Positions 16,929 through 25,369 of a stretch of 64,000 nucleotides of DNA are shown piece by piece. The position numbers and the translations under genes are program-made. Each line of letters begins with the position of its first letter. Positions within the stretch are counted from its first letter, which is position 1. This stretch comes from Planctomycetota bacterium (GTDB lineage: Bacteria; Planctomycetota; Phycisphaerae; Sedimentisphaerales; Anaerobacaceae), in the NCBI GenBank assembly GCA_023481165.1, contig JAMCWO010000191.1, positions 1,434-65,433 of the forward strand. The letters run 5' to 3'. Below the pieces are notes generated by a model, which saw nothing but the letters and a program-made list of their open reading frames with translations, was not told where the DNA came from and searched no databases.

Positions 16929-19900
16929 CTCACACCTTCCCTTCTGCCCGAAGGCAACAGACATTGTTGGAATCGTATTGACAGGTCTTTCTGCAGAGAA
17001 GACGAGTTCACAGTCGAAAGGCAGGTCGATGACGTGCCGCTGGCCGGCCGCTGCGTCGAACCACGAGTCGAACGCCGACCGGCCACTCGTGACGGCGGAC
17101 CACCGCTTCATATCAGCCTCGGCTCTGGCTCGTTCGTGCAGAGCGTCGTAGCACCGCGCCCGCACTAAGTAGGCGTGGGCGTCCCACGGGTCGGTCGCAA
17201 TGCGCTGGGTGTGCCGGGCCACCAGTTCTCGGAGGTGCTCGCCCACCGTTTGGGCGGGCCCCAGCGCCTCGACCGTTGTGACGGCGGGAGCAAGGTCCGC
17301 CGTCCAAATCTCGAAATACGGTGCACCCAGTTCAAAAACGAGTTTCGCCCCCTCCGTGGCCCACGAGCCTACCGTGATCGGACCACCCAGCGTCTGGGCA
17401 GGCTGATTCTGGCCCAGGCGATATACCCACAGTCCCGTCGGGTTTTCCAGACCGCCGCTGCCGCCCAGGCACAGTTCGTTACTGCCCGGAGACCAGGCCA
17501 ATGCGCCCCAGCCATCGGAGGGCGAAGGCAGAGGCCATCTGGCGATCAACGTCTGGGAGGCCAGGTCTATGACCTTCAGGGCTGTGCCCTCTAGGCAGGC
17601 CATGCGTTGATTGTCGGGCGACACCGACGGGTTCCATTGCGGACACGGAATGACCCGTTTCAGCTCGGGGTCTTCCCCTGCGATGGAGACGCAATAGAGC
17701 GTGCTGTCTGAACGCGATTTGTAGTAGACGCTGTTCGAATCCCGACCCCAGGAGGGCCAGACCCCGACAGCCAGACGCCGTGGCGCGGTCCCATCGTCAT
17801 TCATGAGCCAAACCTCTTCATCCGTGCTGCCGATGGGTTCGTTCTTCGCGTCCGCGGTAACGAATTCCGGGACGGGCAGGAACTGTCGATCCCGCACAAA
17901 AGCAATATGCCGCCCATCCGGCGACCACCGGGGGTACTTGCCGGGGACGATCAGCAGATCCGTTTTTCCCGTGCTAGGATCGAAGACGGCAATACCGCTA
18001 CGGCCCTGCACTCCCAGACTAAAGGCCAGCCTCTTGCCATCCGGCGACCACGCGGCACTAAAGCCGTCCGTAGTCAGCCGCCGGCCTTTGGCGGAGAGCA
18101 GGCGATGGGTCTCCTCCGCCTCCACCATCGGCAGAAAGGCCGCCCCTGCCGGCGCGGGACCTGCCGGATGCCAGGACTGTCCGGCCGTCAACGTGTCAAA
18201 GACATACTTGGCGCACCAGTTCCGGAACTTCTGTCGTGCCTCCTGGCCGGGGCTGATGAGCCGACGAAACAAGGCGGCAGCTTCGTCGTAGTCGCCCACC
18301 GCTGTCAGCGCGCCGAACAGGTGATTGTGTAGGACCGACACATCTTCCGCCCCCGGCTGGACCTCCGCGATGATGCGACCGTAATCCTTCATCCGCAGGA
18401 GCGTGTCGCAGCGTTGAACGGACAGTTCCACGTGTTGGGGGCTGTCCTCTGCCGTCAGTTCAATCGCTTTGTCATACTCGCCAATCGCCTCCTGGCAGCG
18501 GTCCAGCTCTCGGAGAGCGGTCGCACGCAGGGAGTGCGCGAGCGGATCAGAATCGCGCAACATCTCCATGGCACGTGCATCCTCGTTCATGCGGTCATAC
18601 TTCCGCGATGCGTACCAGGTATAAGCCCGCAGTCGGAGAGACTCGTAGTGCTTCGAGTTGAGCCGCAGGGCTTCCTCCAGTGCCTCCAGTTGCTCGTGCA
18701 CCGTGATGGCCATCATCGCCCGTAAGTAGAATGCCTCCGCCGTCTTCGGAAGCAGGGCCTCCGCCTTCTGACGGTACTCTTCGATCTGCTTGAACTTATC
18801 GGGGTTGAGTGGACCGCTCTCCCCAAGAATGCGGCCCCAGAGCAAATGGGCTGCCCCCGCAATGTCCGCGCGCTCGTTCACCAGGTCCTTCAGTACGCTC
18901 AGTGCCTCTGCGAAACGGCGGTCGTCCGCGAGAATCCTGGCGTAAAGAAGCTGGGCCTCGGGTCCCGCGTACCTATTCCGAAGGAGCGATTTGATCGTCT
19001 CCAAAGCCGCCTCTCGATCTCCATTGTCATATTGCCCACGAGCTTGGGACAGCGCGGCCTCCGCTAATTTCAAACGGTCTTGATTCCACGCCCAAAGGAT
19101 GATGCTTCCGGCGCCAACCACAACCACCATCATCAGGGCAGCGATGGCCTGCGCGCGGTGTCGCCGGAGGAACTTGGCCAGACGATAGGCTGGGCCGGGG
19201 CCGCGGGCCAGAACCGGCTCGTGCTCCAAATGCCGCCGCACGTCTTCGGCCAAACCGCTGACGGTCTCGTAGCGCCGGACACGGTCCTTCTCCAGGGACT
19301 TCATCACGATCCAGTCCAGATCGCCGCGGACCTCTTGTAGGGGCAGGCCCCCGTGTCTGCCCAACTTCGGGCGGCCACGGGGGGCCGCCCCTACAGGTCG
19401 CCGTTCCCGCGTGGCGGTTCGGATCCGGGTCGAGGGCTTGACCGGCTCCTGCTCTCGGATCACCCGCTGCATCTCGATGTAGCCAGCTTGGCGGAGTTCC
19501 TCTTCACTGAAGGGGGTCGTCCCGGTCAGCAGTTCATAGAGCAACACGCCCAGCGAGTAGATGTCCGAGCGGGTGTCGATGTCCAGATCGCTCAGTTCCG
19601 CCTGCTCCGGACTCATGTAGGCCGGGGTGCCGATGATATGAGCGTAACGAGTGAAGAGCGTCTTTTCGGTCAGCTTCTGGTTCGTGGCCTTAGCTATCCC
19701 GAAGTCGATCACCTTGGGGACGGGCTTACCATCATGGTGCGTAACCATCACATTGGAAGGTTTGAGATCGCGATGGATGATGCCCTTCTGATGGGCGTGC
19801 TGCACGGCGTTGCAGACCTGTAGGAATAATACCAGCCGGTCTTTCGTGCTCAGGCTGTTCTTGTCGCAGTACTCGGTGATCGAAACGCCCTGGACCAGCT

Positions 19901-20384
19901 CCATGACAAAGTAGGGCCGGCCGGTATCGGTCGCTCCGGCGTCGAGGACCTTGGCGATACAGGGATGGTCCATCAGGGCAAGAGCCTGCCGCTCCGCCTC
20001 GAACCGGGCGATGACCTGGCGGGTATCCATGCCCAGCTTGATGATCTTGAGAGCCACCTTGCGGCGGAGGGGCTCGGTCTGCTCGGCCAGGTAGACGACC
20101 GCCATGCCGCCTTCCCCGATCTTCTCCAGGAGTTTGTAGCGGCCGATGATTGTGCCGGGGCCTTCCGTAAGGACGGGCATATCCAGCACCAGGGCCGAGT
20201 CCCACGGGGCAGATTCCAGGAAGTTGTCCCTGACCTCGTGGGCCTTGAGCAGAACCCGGATGCGGGCCAACAGACCGGCATCCTGGCCGCAGGCCGCTTG
20301 GAGGTAGGCCTCCCGCTGAGCCGGGGCCTGGCCCAGAGCTTCGTAGTAGATCGCCTCTTCGTTGGTCTTGTGCTCCGTGGACAC
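15090..20384 (-). CDS. giant Ser/Thr protein kinase ORF: kinase, TM helix, TPR, TolB-like PD40 propeller, then signal-peptide-like segment, PD40 repeats, dockerin-like pair and F5/8 type C domain
   Basis: GTG start after AAAGGAG. Kinase motifs are GEGGMAVVYLA, VALK, HRDLKPSN, DFG and GTPAYMSPE. The TM helix is AIAALMMVVVVGAGSIILWAW. PD40-type repeats include WSPDGKRLAF and WSPDGRHIAF. The dockerin-like pair is DFNGDGKVDAKD and GDGIVDEKD. The discoidin-like C-terminus includes WIQYQFDKVYTLHELWVWN and AKYVKLTI. Confidence 0.85.
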   Translation of the reverse strand: MSTEHKTNEEAIYYEALGQAPAQREAYLQAACGQDAGLLARIRVLLKAHEVRDNFLESAPWDSALVLDMPVLTEGPGTIIGRYKLLEKIGEGGMAVVYLAEQTEPLRRKVALKIIKLGMDTRQVIARFEAERQALALMDHPCIAKVLDAGATDTGRPYFVMELVQGVSITEYCDKNSLSTKDRLVLFLQVCNAVQHAHQKGIIHRDLKPSNVMVTHHDGKPVPKVIDFGIAKATNQKLTEKTLFTRYAHIIGTPAYMSPEQAELSDLDIDTRSDIYSLGVLLYELLTGTTPFSEEELRQAGYIEMQRVIREQEPVKPSTRIRTATRERRPVGAAPRGRPKLGRHGGLPLQEVRGDLDWIVMKSLEKDRVRRYETVSGLAEDVRRHLEHEPVLARGPGPAYRLAKFLRRHRAQAIAALMMVVVVGAGSIILWAWNQDRLKLAEAALSQARGQYDNGDREAALETIKSLLRNRYAGPEAQLLYARILADDRRFAEALSVLKDLVNERADIAGAAHLLWGRILGESGPLNPDKFKQIEEYRQKAEALLPKTAEAFYLRAMMAITVHEQLEALEEALRLNSKHYESLRLRAYTWYASRKYDRMNEDARAMEMLRDSDPLAHSLRATALRELDRCQEAIGEYDKAIELTAEDSPQHVELSVQRCDTLLRMKDYGRIIAEVQPGAEDVSVLHNHLFGALTAVGDYDEAAALFRRLISPGQEARQKFRNWCAKYVFDTLTAGQSWHPAGPAPAGAAFLPMVEAEETHRLLSAKGRRLTTDGFSAAWSPDGKRLAFSLGVQGRSGIAVFDPSTGKTDLLIVPGKYPRWSPDGRHIAFVRDRQFLPVPEFVTADAKNEPIGSTDEEVWLMNDDGTAPRRLAVGVWPSWGRDSNSVYYKSRSDSTLYCVSIAGEDPELKRVIPCPQWNPSVSPDNQRMACLEGTALKVIDLASQTLIARWPLPSPSDGWGALAWSPGSNELCLGGSGGLENPTGLWVYRLGQNQPAQTLGGPITVGSWATEGAKLVFELGAPYFEIWTADLAPAVTTVEALGPAQTVGEHLRELVARHTQRIATDPWDAHAYLVRARCYDALHERARAEADMKRWSAVTSGRSAFDSWFDAAAGQRHVIDLPFDCELVFSAERPVNTIPTMSVAFGQKGRCEMKLFEIPTAGLSLLSLCFLAGLDAPPAHADFVFGTPANLGPTVNSASRDYNAILSPDGLELYFTSNRPEGYGGFDIWVTKRASVPDAWGPPANLGAQVNSPGWDATGSISADGLTLYFQRGNDLCSTTRATRDAPWGPAASLAPNIIIQGKDAQPIVSPDGLEFYFISIRPGGYGGWDIWVSKRATTSDAWGTPVNLGATVNSSLHDMCQWISPDALTLLIASNRPGGFGAWDTWITTRPSKTSVWGPPRNLGPTLNTNYSNCISSISPDGRWCYFDDFEGPCPGGVGGWDLWQAPIIPVMDFNGDGKVDAKDMSLLADNWGKNTSLCDIGPFAWGDGIVDEKDLGVLMESLVTPGPKASDVPCDVILSWISPSFAQACDLYFGTSLEVVSTASRTNPQGVLVSQGQTASTYDPAEPLKVSQTYYWRVDFVISGATPIKGPILKFTTAALTYPIKSITATASPSQVNMGPERTIDGSGLDKSDGHSTNGTDMWLSTTAPHWIQYQFDKVYTLHELWVWNSNQPIESFIGFGAQTVKIEYSTDGTTWTAVANVPEFAKATGKPGYTANTIVSFGGVSAKYVKLTIDKGWGSTPSAGLSEVRFFCIQSAAVPKP
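19336..19395. repeat. 60-nt double-hairpin palindromic element inserted in frame in the kinase ORF
   Basis: TGTAGGGGCAGGCCCCCGTGTCTGCCCAACTTCGGGCGGCCACGGGGGGCCGCCCCTACA. The termini TGTAGGGG/CCCCTACA are inverted repeats. It is translated as about 20 aa (PVGAAPRGRPKLGRHGGLPLQ) just before the conserved RGDLDWIVMKSLEKD segment. Confidence 0.75.
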
Positions 20385-20463
20385 CGCTGCTCCTTTCGCT
20401 CTTCAATGCGTAAAGCCGGGGCCGATCCCCTCACGGAAATGCGAAAAAATCAACCACAGAGGC

Positions 20464-20611
20464 ACAGAGAGCACCGAGAAAACCGAAGGCAGGAGGGTAG
20501 AGAGCCATGAAGTCAGCAGGAAGAAGACGCGACGCACGGCGGCTTTCTGAAGTTTTCATCTTCCCACGGTCTTCCCCTCCGTGTCCTCTGTGCCTCTGTG
20601 GTGAAGAACCT
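20464..20611. mobile_element. MITE-like element with 16-nt terminal inverted repeats
   Basis: CCACAGAGGCACAGAG (20464-20479) and CTCTGTGCCTCTGTGG (20596-20611) are perfect inverted repeats 116 nt apart. The element lies in the gap between the sigma and kinase genes. Confidence 0.5.
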
Positions 20612-20664
20612 CGGCCGCTTGTAGTGGCGTCATCAGACGCTATCTATATGCTCTTACGAGCACA

Positions 20665-21231
20665 CTACAAACCGTCGATCTGCCCCAGTTCCACGCGTAG
20701 CCAGGCGCGGGCGTAGTCCCAACCCCGCTCGGCCGTCGCGTGCGAGATGCCCAAGGCTTGCGCCGCCTGCTCGATGGTCAGGCCCGCGAAATAGCGGAGC
20801 TTCACCAGATCGGCCTTGAGCGGGTCCTGCCGGGCAAGCTTGGCCAGTGCCTCGTCCAACGCCAGTATCTCCTGGGCTTGGGAAGCGTCGTCCGCCGCCG
20901 GAAATTCCTCGAGGTCCACCGGCCGGCGGCCAGCACCGCGCTTCAGGCTCTTCTTGCGGCGGGCATTGTCGATCAGGATACGCCGCATAGCCTCGGCGGC
21001 GGCCTTGAAGAAATGACCCTTGCTGTCCCAGCCATGTCCCTCATGGCCCACCAGGCGGAGGTATGCCTCATGCACCAGGGCGGTCGCTTGGAGGGTCTGG
21101 CCGGGAGGCTCAAGGGAGAGCTTTTGGGCGGCGAGAAGGCGGAGTTCCTCATAGACCAGGGGCAAGAGTTCGTCCGTAGCTTTCGCGTCCCCCCGTTCGA
21201 TGGCATTCAAGATGCGTGTGACATCACTCAT
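20665..21231 (-). CDS. ECF sigma factor of the Ser/Thr-kinase-associated type (TIGR02999-like)
   Basis: [38 protein letters not shown] ... [10 protein letters not shown] is the distinctive N-terminus of this ECF subgroup. The region 4 HTH is [21 protein letters not shown]. The gene lies directly upstream of the kinase. Confidence 0.85.
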   Translation of the reverse strand: MSDVTRILNAIERGDAKATDELLPLVYEELRLLAAQKLSLEPPGQTLQATALVHEAYLRLVGHEGHGWDSKGHFFKAAAEAMRRILIDNARRKKSLKRGAGRRPVDLEEFPAADDASQAQEILALDEALAKLARQDPLKADLVKLRYFAGLTIEQAAQALGISHATAERGWDYARAWLRVELGQIDGL

Positions 21232-21250
21232 GCCAACTCCCGACCGTTTG

Positions 21251-21272
21251 GGGGCGAATAATTATTCGCCCC
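21251..21272. repeat. perfect 22-bp palindrome
   Basis: GGGGCGAATAATTATTCGCCCC followed by TACA, the same CGCCCCTACA terminus as the 19336 element. It lies 20 nt upstream of the sigma start codon. Confidence 0.7.
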
Positions 21273-21413
21273 TACATGGGCCTATTCTGTCACAAGAGTC
21301 GGCAGACTTCAAGTCTTCGCATGTACCGGGAACGGGATAGTTGACTTGGCCGTATAGTATTTATAGAATAGGGATGGCTGTAGAGAGGTATTCTGCTCTT
21401 GAGGAGAAGGTCT

Positions 21414-22397
21414 ATGGACTCCGGGAAAGACAGCCAGGTATGGCAATACAAATGGCACATCGCCATCATTGTCGTCGTGGTGGCGGGGGCACTGGCCTTG
21501 TCGATCTTCACGAAGGTCCTGGAGACGTCGGACAGTGTGCGGCAACTCCTGATGCTCATGGGCGGGCTGATTTTTCTGATCGCCCTGCTGACGGTGCTTT
21601 CGCGCGTCTCCCGGATCGTCAGCACGCTCAATGAAAACAGCGCCCGGCTGGAGGAAGCCAGCAAGGCGATGGAGAGCATCCGGGATGGGCTGCTCCAGAT
21701 CAACCACACCTCGCGCATCAGCGAGGCGGCCAAGGCCATCGCCTTTCGCGAGGACGACAAGCGCTCCCTGCGCGAGGCCGTCTTCGAGCGGCTCAAGCAA
21801 AACGATTTCAACGGGGCGTACGAGATTGTCGACGAGATCGAGAACCACTCCTCGTACCGGCTGCTGGCGGAGGAGCTGCGCCGGCAGGTGGACAACTACC
21901 GCAATGCCACGCAGGAAGAGAGGATCGATCAGGCCATCGCCCAGGTGGAGAAGCTGTTCGACGCGTGCCAGTGGGTCAAGGCCAGTCTGCAGATCGAGTC
22001 ACTGATTCGGGCCAATCCGACTTCGGACAAGCTCAAGACCCTGCGTCAGAAGCTGGTCGAGCGCAAAGAGGAGCGCAAGCGCATCCTGCTGGCCGCCTGG
22101 GACGACGCCGTGACGCGGCAGGAAACGGACCGCAGCCTGGAGATCCTCCGCGAGCTGGACATGTACCTGACGCCCAACGAGGCCCTGGCGCTGCAGGAGG
22201 CGGCCAAGGACGTCTTCCGGACGAAACTCCACAACCTGGGCGTGCAGTTTGCCTTGGCCGTCTCGGACAAGCACTGGTCCAACGCCCTGGAGATCGGCCA
22301 GCAGATCGTGCGGGACTTCCCGAACAGCCGCATGTCCGTGGAGATTCGTGAAAAGCTCCACGTGCTCCGGCAGAACGTGGAATTGCAGACCAACTGA
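21414..22397 (+). CDS. membrane-anchored coiled-coil hypothetical protein
   Basis: The ATG at 21414 follows GAGGAGAAGG. Two N-terminal TM helices are followed by a long helical, charged region. No family was recognised. Confidence 0.55.
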   Translation: MDSGKDSQVWQYKWHIAIIVVVVAGALALSIFTKVLETSDSVRQLLMLMGGLIFLIALLTVLSRVSRIVSTLNENSARLEEASKAMESIRDGLLQINHTSRISEAAKAIAFREDDKRSLREAVFERLKQNDFNGAYEIVDEIENHSSYRLLAEELRRQVDNYRNATQEERIDQAIAQVEKLFDACQWVKASLQIESLIRANPTSDKLKTLRQKLVERKEERKRILLAAWDDAVTRQETDRSLEILRELDMYLTPNEALALQEAAKDVFRTKLHNLGVQFALAVSDKHWSNALEIGQQIVRDFPNSRMSVEIREKLHVLRQNVELQTN

Positions 22398-22544
22398 TGA
22401 GAAGTTTGAAGTGTGATGGTTGATTGTTGATCTGAAAATCAAAAATCACACATCCAAAATCATACTTCCCTCCGCCCGTCACCCGGGAGGGCCGAGGGTG
22501 ACGGGTTTCCTACCACCAGGGGAATCGGCCAGGCGGTACGCCGG

Positions 22545-23090
22545 TCACTGGAAATCGAACAGCGACTGCGTCTTGATCATCGTCACCTGGTCGGGATACG
22601 CGGCGAACGTGTAGATATGCAATTCCGTCCGCCGGGCTTCAAAATCGATGTAGCAGAACGGCGGAAGACTGTCCACTTCGAGCTCGGGGAACTTCACGAA
22701 CACGCCGCGATTGCGGGCATGTTTCTCCAGGTCCAGGTAGCTTTGCTGGTAGAGGTTCGCGCTCATCTTGTCGATCTGGAAGTCGGTCATGTAGCTGACG
22801 CCGTGGTTGAGCGTGCATTTGTGGGTCCGCGGCCCGCGGAACTGGAACCGCTCCACCAGGCCGCGATGCGGCAGCAATTGTCCCGGCGTGCTCACCACTT
22901 CGCTCAGGCAGACATCGCCCGCAAACACACTGACGACGTGCGTGCAGCCCGTCACCCAGATCAGCGCCTCGTACTTCTCGGTCTTGAGTTGCCGGCTCGC
23001 GTAGATCTGGAACAGCTCCGGGTGCAGCGGCCTCTGGAAAAGACTGAACGTCAGTTGGTCGATCCCGACATTGGTCTGCGGCGATTCCAT
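22545..23090 (-). CDS. conserved hypothetical protein
   Basis: The ORF has normal amino-acid composition. The ATG at 23090 is preferred over the GTG at 23111. No motif was recognised with confidence. Confidence 0.5.
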   Translation of the reverse strand: MESPQTNVGIDQLTFSLFQRPLHPELFQIYASRQLKTEKYEALIWVTGCTHVVSVFAGDVCLSEVVSTPGQLLPHRGLVERFQFRGPRTHKCTLNHGVSYMTDFQIDKMSANLYQQSYLDLEKHARNRGVFVKFPELEVDSLPPFCYIDFEARRTELHIYTFAAYPDQVTMIKTQSLFDFQ

Positions 23091-23299
23091 AGCGAAAAAA
23101 CCCCGAAACACTCTGCTCTACCTTTTCCGGTATTATACCGGAAATCCCCGCGCGATTCAAGCGCAATATCAGTACTGCCAGGGCCGCTGGTACCCCTTAT
23201 GGGACGATTATGCTCCAAACCCCCGCACGCAAAAGGGTAACAGCAGAGAAGATTTTTTCGCCCGGCGGCGCGGGAAAAAACCGCAGGGTCTCCCGGCCC

Positions 23300-24226
23300 T
23301 CAATAGTCGAAGAAAATCGCGTTTATCAGCGTGGCAAGGATGTCATAGAAAGCGTGGGTACCGGCCGTGATGCCGAAGCCCCGGATGGCAAACAGCAGGG
23401 CAAAGTAGATGCCGGCAATCGTGCGAAAGCCGAACTCCGTCCAATTGAAAGGAGCGCTGCGGGCCAGCCGGCCGTCAATCCAGATGATATGATGGTGCGC
23501 ACTGAACAGGGCCGCCGACATCAGGACCGATAGCGCAATGGCGTTCTGATGGCTCAGTCCGATCACATCCTGAAACAGCACCATCAGGGCACAGATCAGG
23601 ATCAGGCGAAAGACCAACTCTTCGTAGATTCCCGCCCCGACGCCGGTCACGACGTTCGCCAGGAGCGAATGAACCTTCGGGTGGGCCGCCTCTTGCTGCC
23701 CCAGGGCGGCCATGATCTGCTCCGGCGAGACGATCCGGGTGCTGGCGGCCATCTGCACCTGGGCCGGCGGCTGCATACTCTGGGGCCGGTTGAGATGATC
23801 GGGCCGCGTGCTCGGGCTGTTGGACAGCAGGCTCAGGACGATCAACGGCACGGCCAGCAGCACACATTCCAGCAGCATCGGGAGATAGTCGCTGAAGCAG
23901 AAGTACCACTGCTTCTTGGAGGCCACTTGCAGGCCGACCAGGATCACCACGACCACCAGAGGCGGCGCCACCCAGGCAAACCGGCTGCTCGTGCCCAGGT
24001 GCAGCAGCGCATCCTGGATCCAGACGAATGCCACCACGCGAAGCTGATACCGGGTCAGGAGATCCGTGTTGATCAGACTGGTGCCGATCTCGTAAAAAAT
24101 GAGGAACGGCAGCAGAAAGAGGATGGCATACACCGGGCGGCTGGTCCGCTCCAGGTAGGAGTCGCGCGCGAAATTGAGCAACTGACCCGTCGGGTAGTCG
24201 CGTGGCTCCTTCTTTTTCCGGCCCAT
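23300..24226 (-). CDS. CPBP-family intramembrane glutamic endopeptidase (CAAX protease/Abi-like)
   Basis: GIYEELVFRLIL (EExxxR), FSAHHH (FxxxH) and GTHAFYD (HxxxD) lie in a polytopic membrane protein. ATG at 24226. The track ORF starts at an upstream GTG (24259). Confidence 0.75.
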   Translation of the reverse strand: MGRKKKEPRDYPTGQLLNFARDSYLERTSRPVYAILFLLPFLIFYEIGTSLINTDLLTRYQLRVVAFVWIQDALLHLGTSSRFAWVAPPLVVVVILVGLQVASKKQWYFCFSDYLPMLLECVLLAVPLIVLSLLSNSPSTRPDHLNRPQSMQPPAQVQMAASTRIVSPEQIMAALGQQEAAHPKVHSLLANVVTGVGAGIYEELVFRLILICALMVLFQDVIGLSHQNAIALSVLMSAALFSAHHHIIWIDGRLARSAPFNWTEFGFRTIAGIYFALLFAIRGFGITAGTHAFYDILATLINAIFFDY

Positions 24227-24552
24227 CGTCGGCAAAGTAACACCTTCTGCGGCCTGCACTCCAAACCATCCCTGGATCCGTTACCGGTGGAATAGTCGGG
24301 AGTTTACCCCAGCCGCCGGGAAATTACAATAGCTTGTGGCCGTGAGCGAACCAGCGCCGATAAGATGCGCGTAGTACACAGTGGGATGGCGGCCGGGGAA
24401 CGATGTGCTCTGTTGGGTTTTGACATCCAAGTTCAGTAATCGAGGTCCACGGATGGCCGGGTGTCACGCCCAAGCGCAGCTTGAGCGTGTTCTCCGCATG
24501 CGAGGGAGCACGGTCAAACAAGTTTGGCCGTGCCACCCGGGAATTACCGAAG

Positions 24553-24581
24553 TTGCTCGTCGAAACTCGTTAGAATAAGAT
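24553..24581 (+). promoter_or_regulatory. sigma70-like promoter candidate for the endonuclease III-like gene
   Basis: TTGCTC, a 17-nt spacer, then TAAGAT. It lies 17 nt upstream of the ATG at 24598 and sits within a 26-nt motif that recurs at 54222. Confidence 0.35.
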
Positions 24582-24597
24582 TTGCGGTAGGACCCCC

Positions 24598-25269
24598 ATG
24601 AAAACCACACGCGAGTTGTTACTGGAAATCTACCACCTGCTGCTGGACTTTTTCGGGCCGCAGCACTGGTGGCCGGGCGAGACCCCGTTCGAGGTCGCTG
24701 TCGGCGCGATCCTGACCCAGAACACCAGTTGGACCAACGTCGCCAAGGCAATCGCGAACCTCAAAGCCGCCGGGTGCCTCGACCCGATCAAGCTCTACGA
24801 GATGGACAGCGAGCAGCTCGAACTGCTGATCCGCCCCGCCGGCTACTTCCGCGTCAAGGCCAAGCGGCTGAAGAACTTCATCAACTGGCTCTGCGACCGC
24901 TACGGCGGCGACTTGAAGAACCTCGAATCCATCAACACCTCGCGTCTGCGCCAGGAGCTTCTCGCCATCTCCGGCATTGGTCCCGAGACCGCCGACTCGA
25001 TCCTGCTGTACGCTCTGAACCGTCCGGTCTTCGTGGTGGACACGTACACCGCCCGGGTGATGGTCCGCCACGGCCTGATCGGTCCCGACCTCGACTACCA
25101 GCAGTTGCAGGACCTGTTCATGTCCAACCTGGAGCCGGATGCAGCCCTGTTCAACGAGTTCCACGCCCTGCTGGTGATGACCGGCAAAGACTACTGCAAG
25201 CCCCACCCCAAATGCTCCCCCTGCCCCCTCGCCTCCCTGCCCCACCGGACCGACATTGAGTACGAATGA
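24598..25269 (+). CDS. endonuclease III domain (HhH-GPD) protein
   Basis: FGPQHWWPGETPFEVAVGAILTQNTSWTNV, the helix-hairpin-helix LLAISGIGPETAD, and the C-terminal Cys cluster CKPHPKCSPCPL. Confidence 0.8.
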   Translation: MKTTRELLLEIYHLLLDFFGPQHWWPGETPFEVAVGAILTQNTSWTNVAKAIANLKAAGCLDPIKLYEMDSEQLELLIRPAGYFRVKAKRLKNFINWLCDRYGGDLKNLESINTSRLRQELLAISGIGPETADSILLYALNRPVFVVDTYTARVMVRHGLIGPDLDYQQLQDLFMSNLEPDAALFNEFHALLVMTGKDYCKPHPKCSPCPLASLPHRTDIEYE

Positions 25270-25369
25270 ACCGTGAGCACACGCGGGTAAGGCCAATCCT
25301 TGACGACAGGCCATGCAAGGCTGACAATGGCGGCGTTGTCTGAATGTCAGCTTTTGAGAGGGTCAGAAG

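Noticed and set aside
17731-17747. tRNA T-arm-like strings: GTTCGAATCC at about 17735 and GGTTCGAGACC at about 40766.
   Set aside because: Both lie inside well-supported coding sequences. Neither has acceptor, D-arm or anticodon-arm pairing in the flanks. No tRNA could be built.
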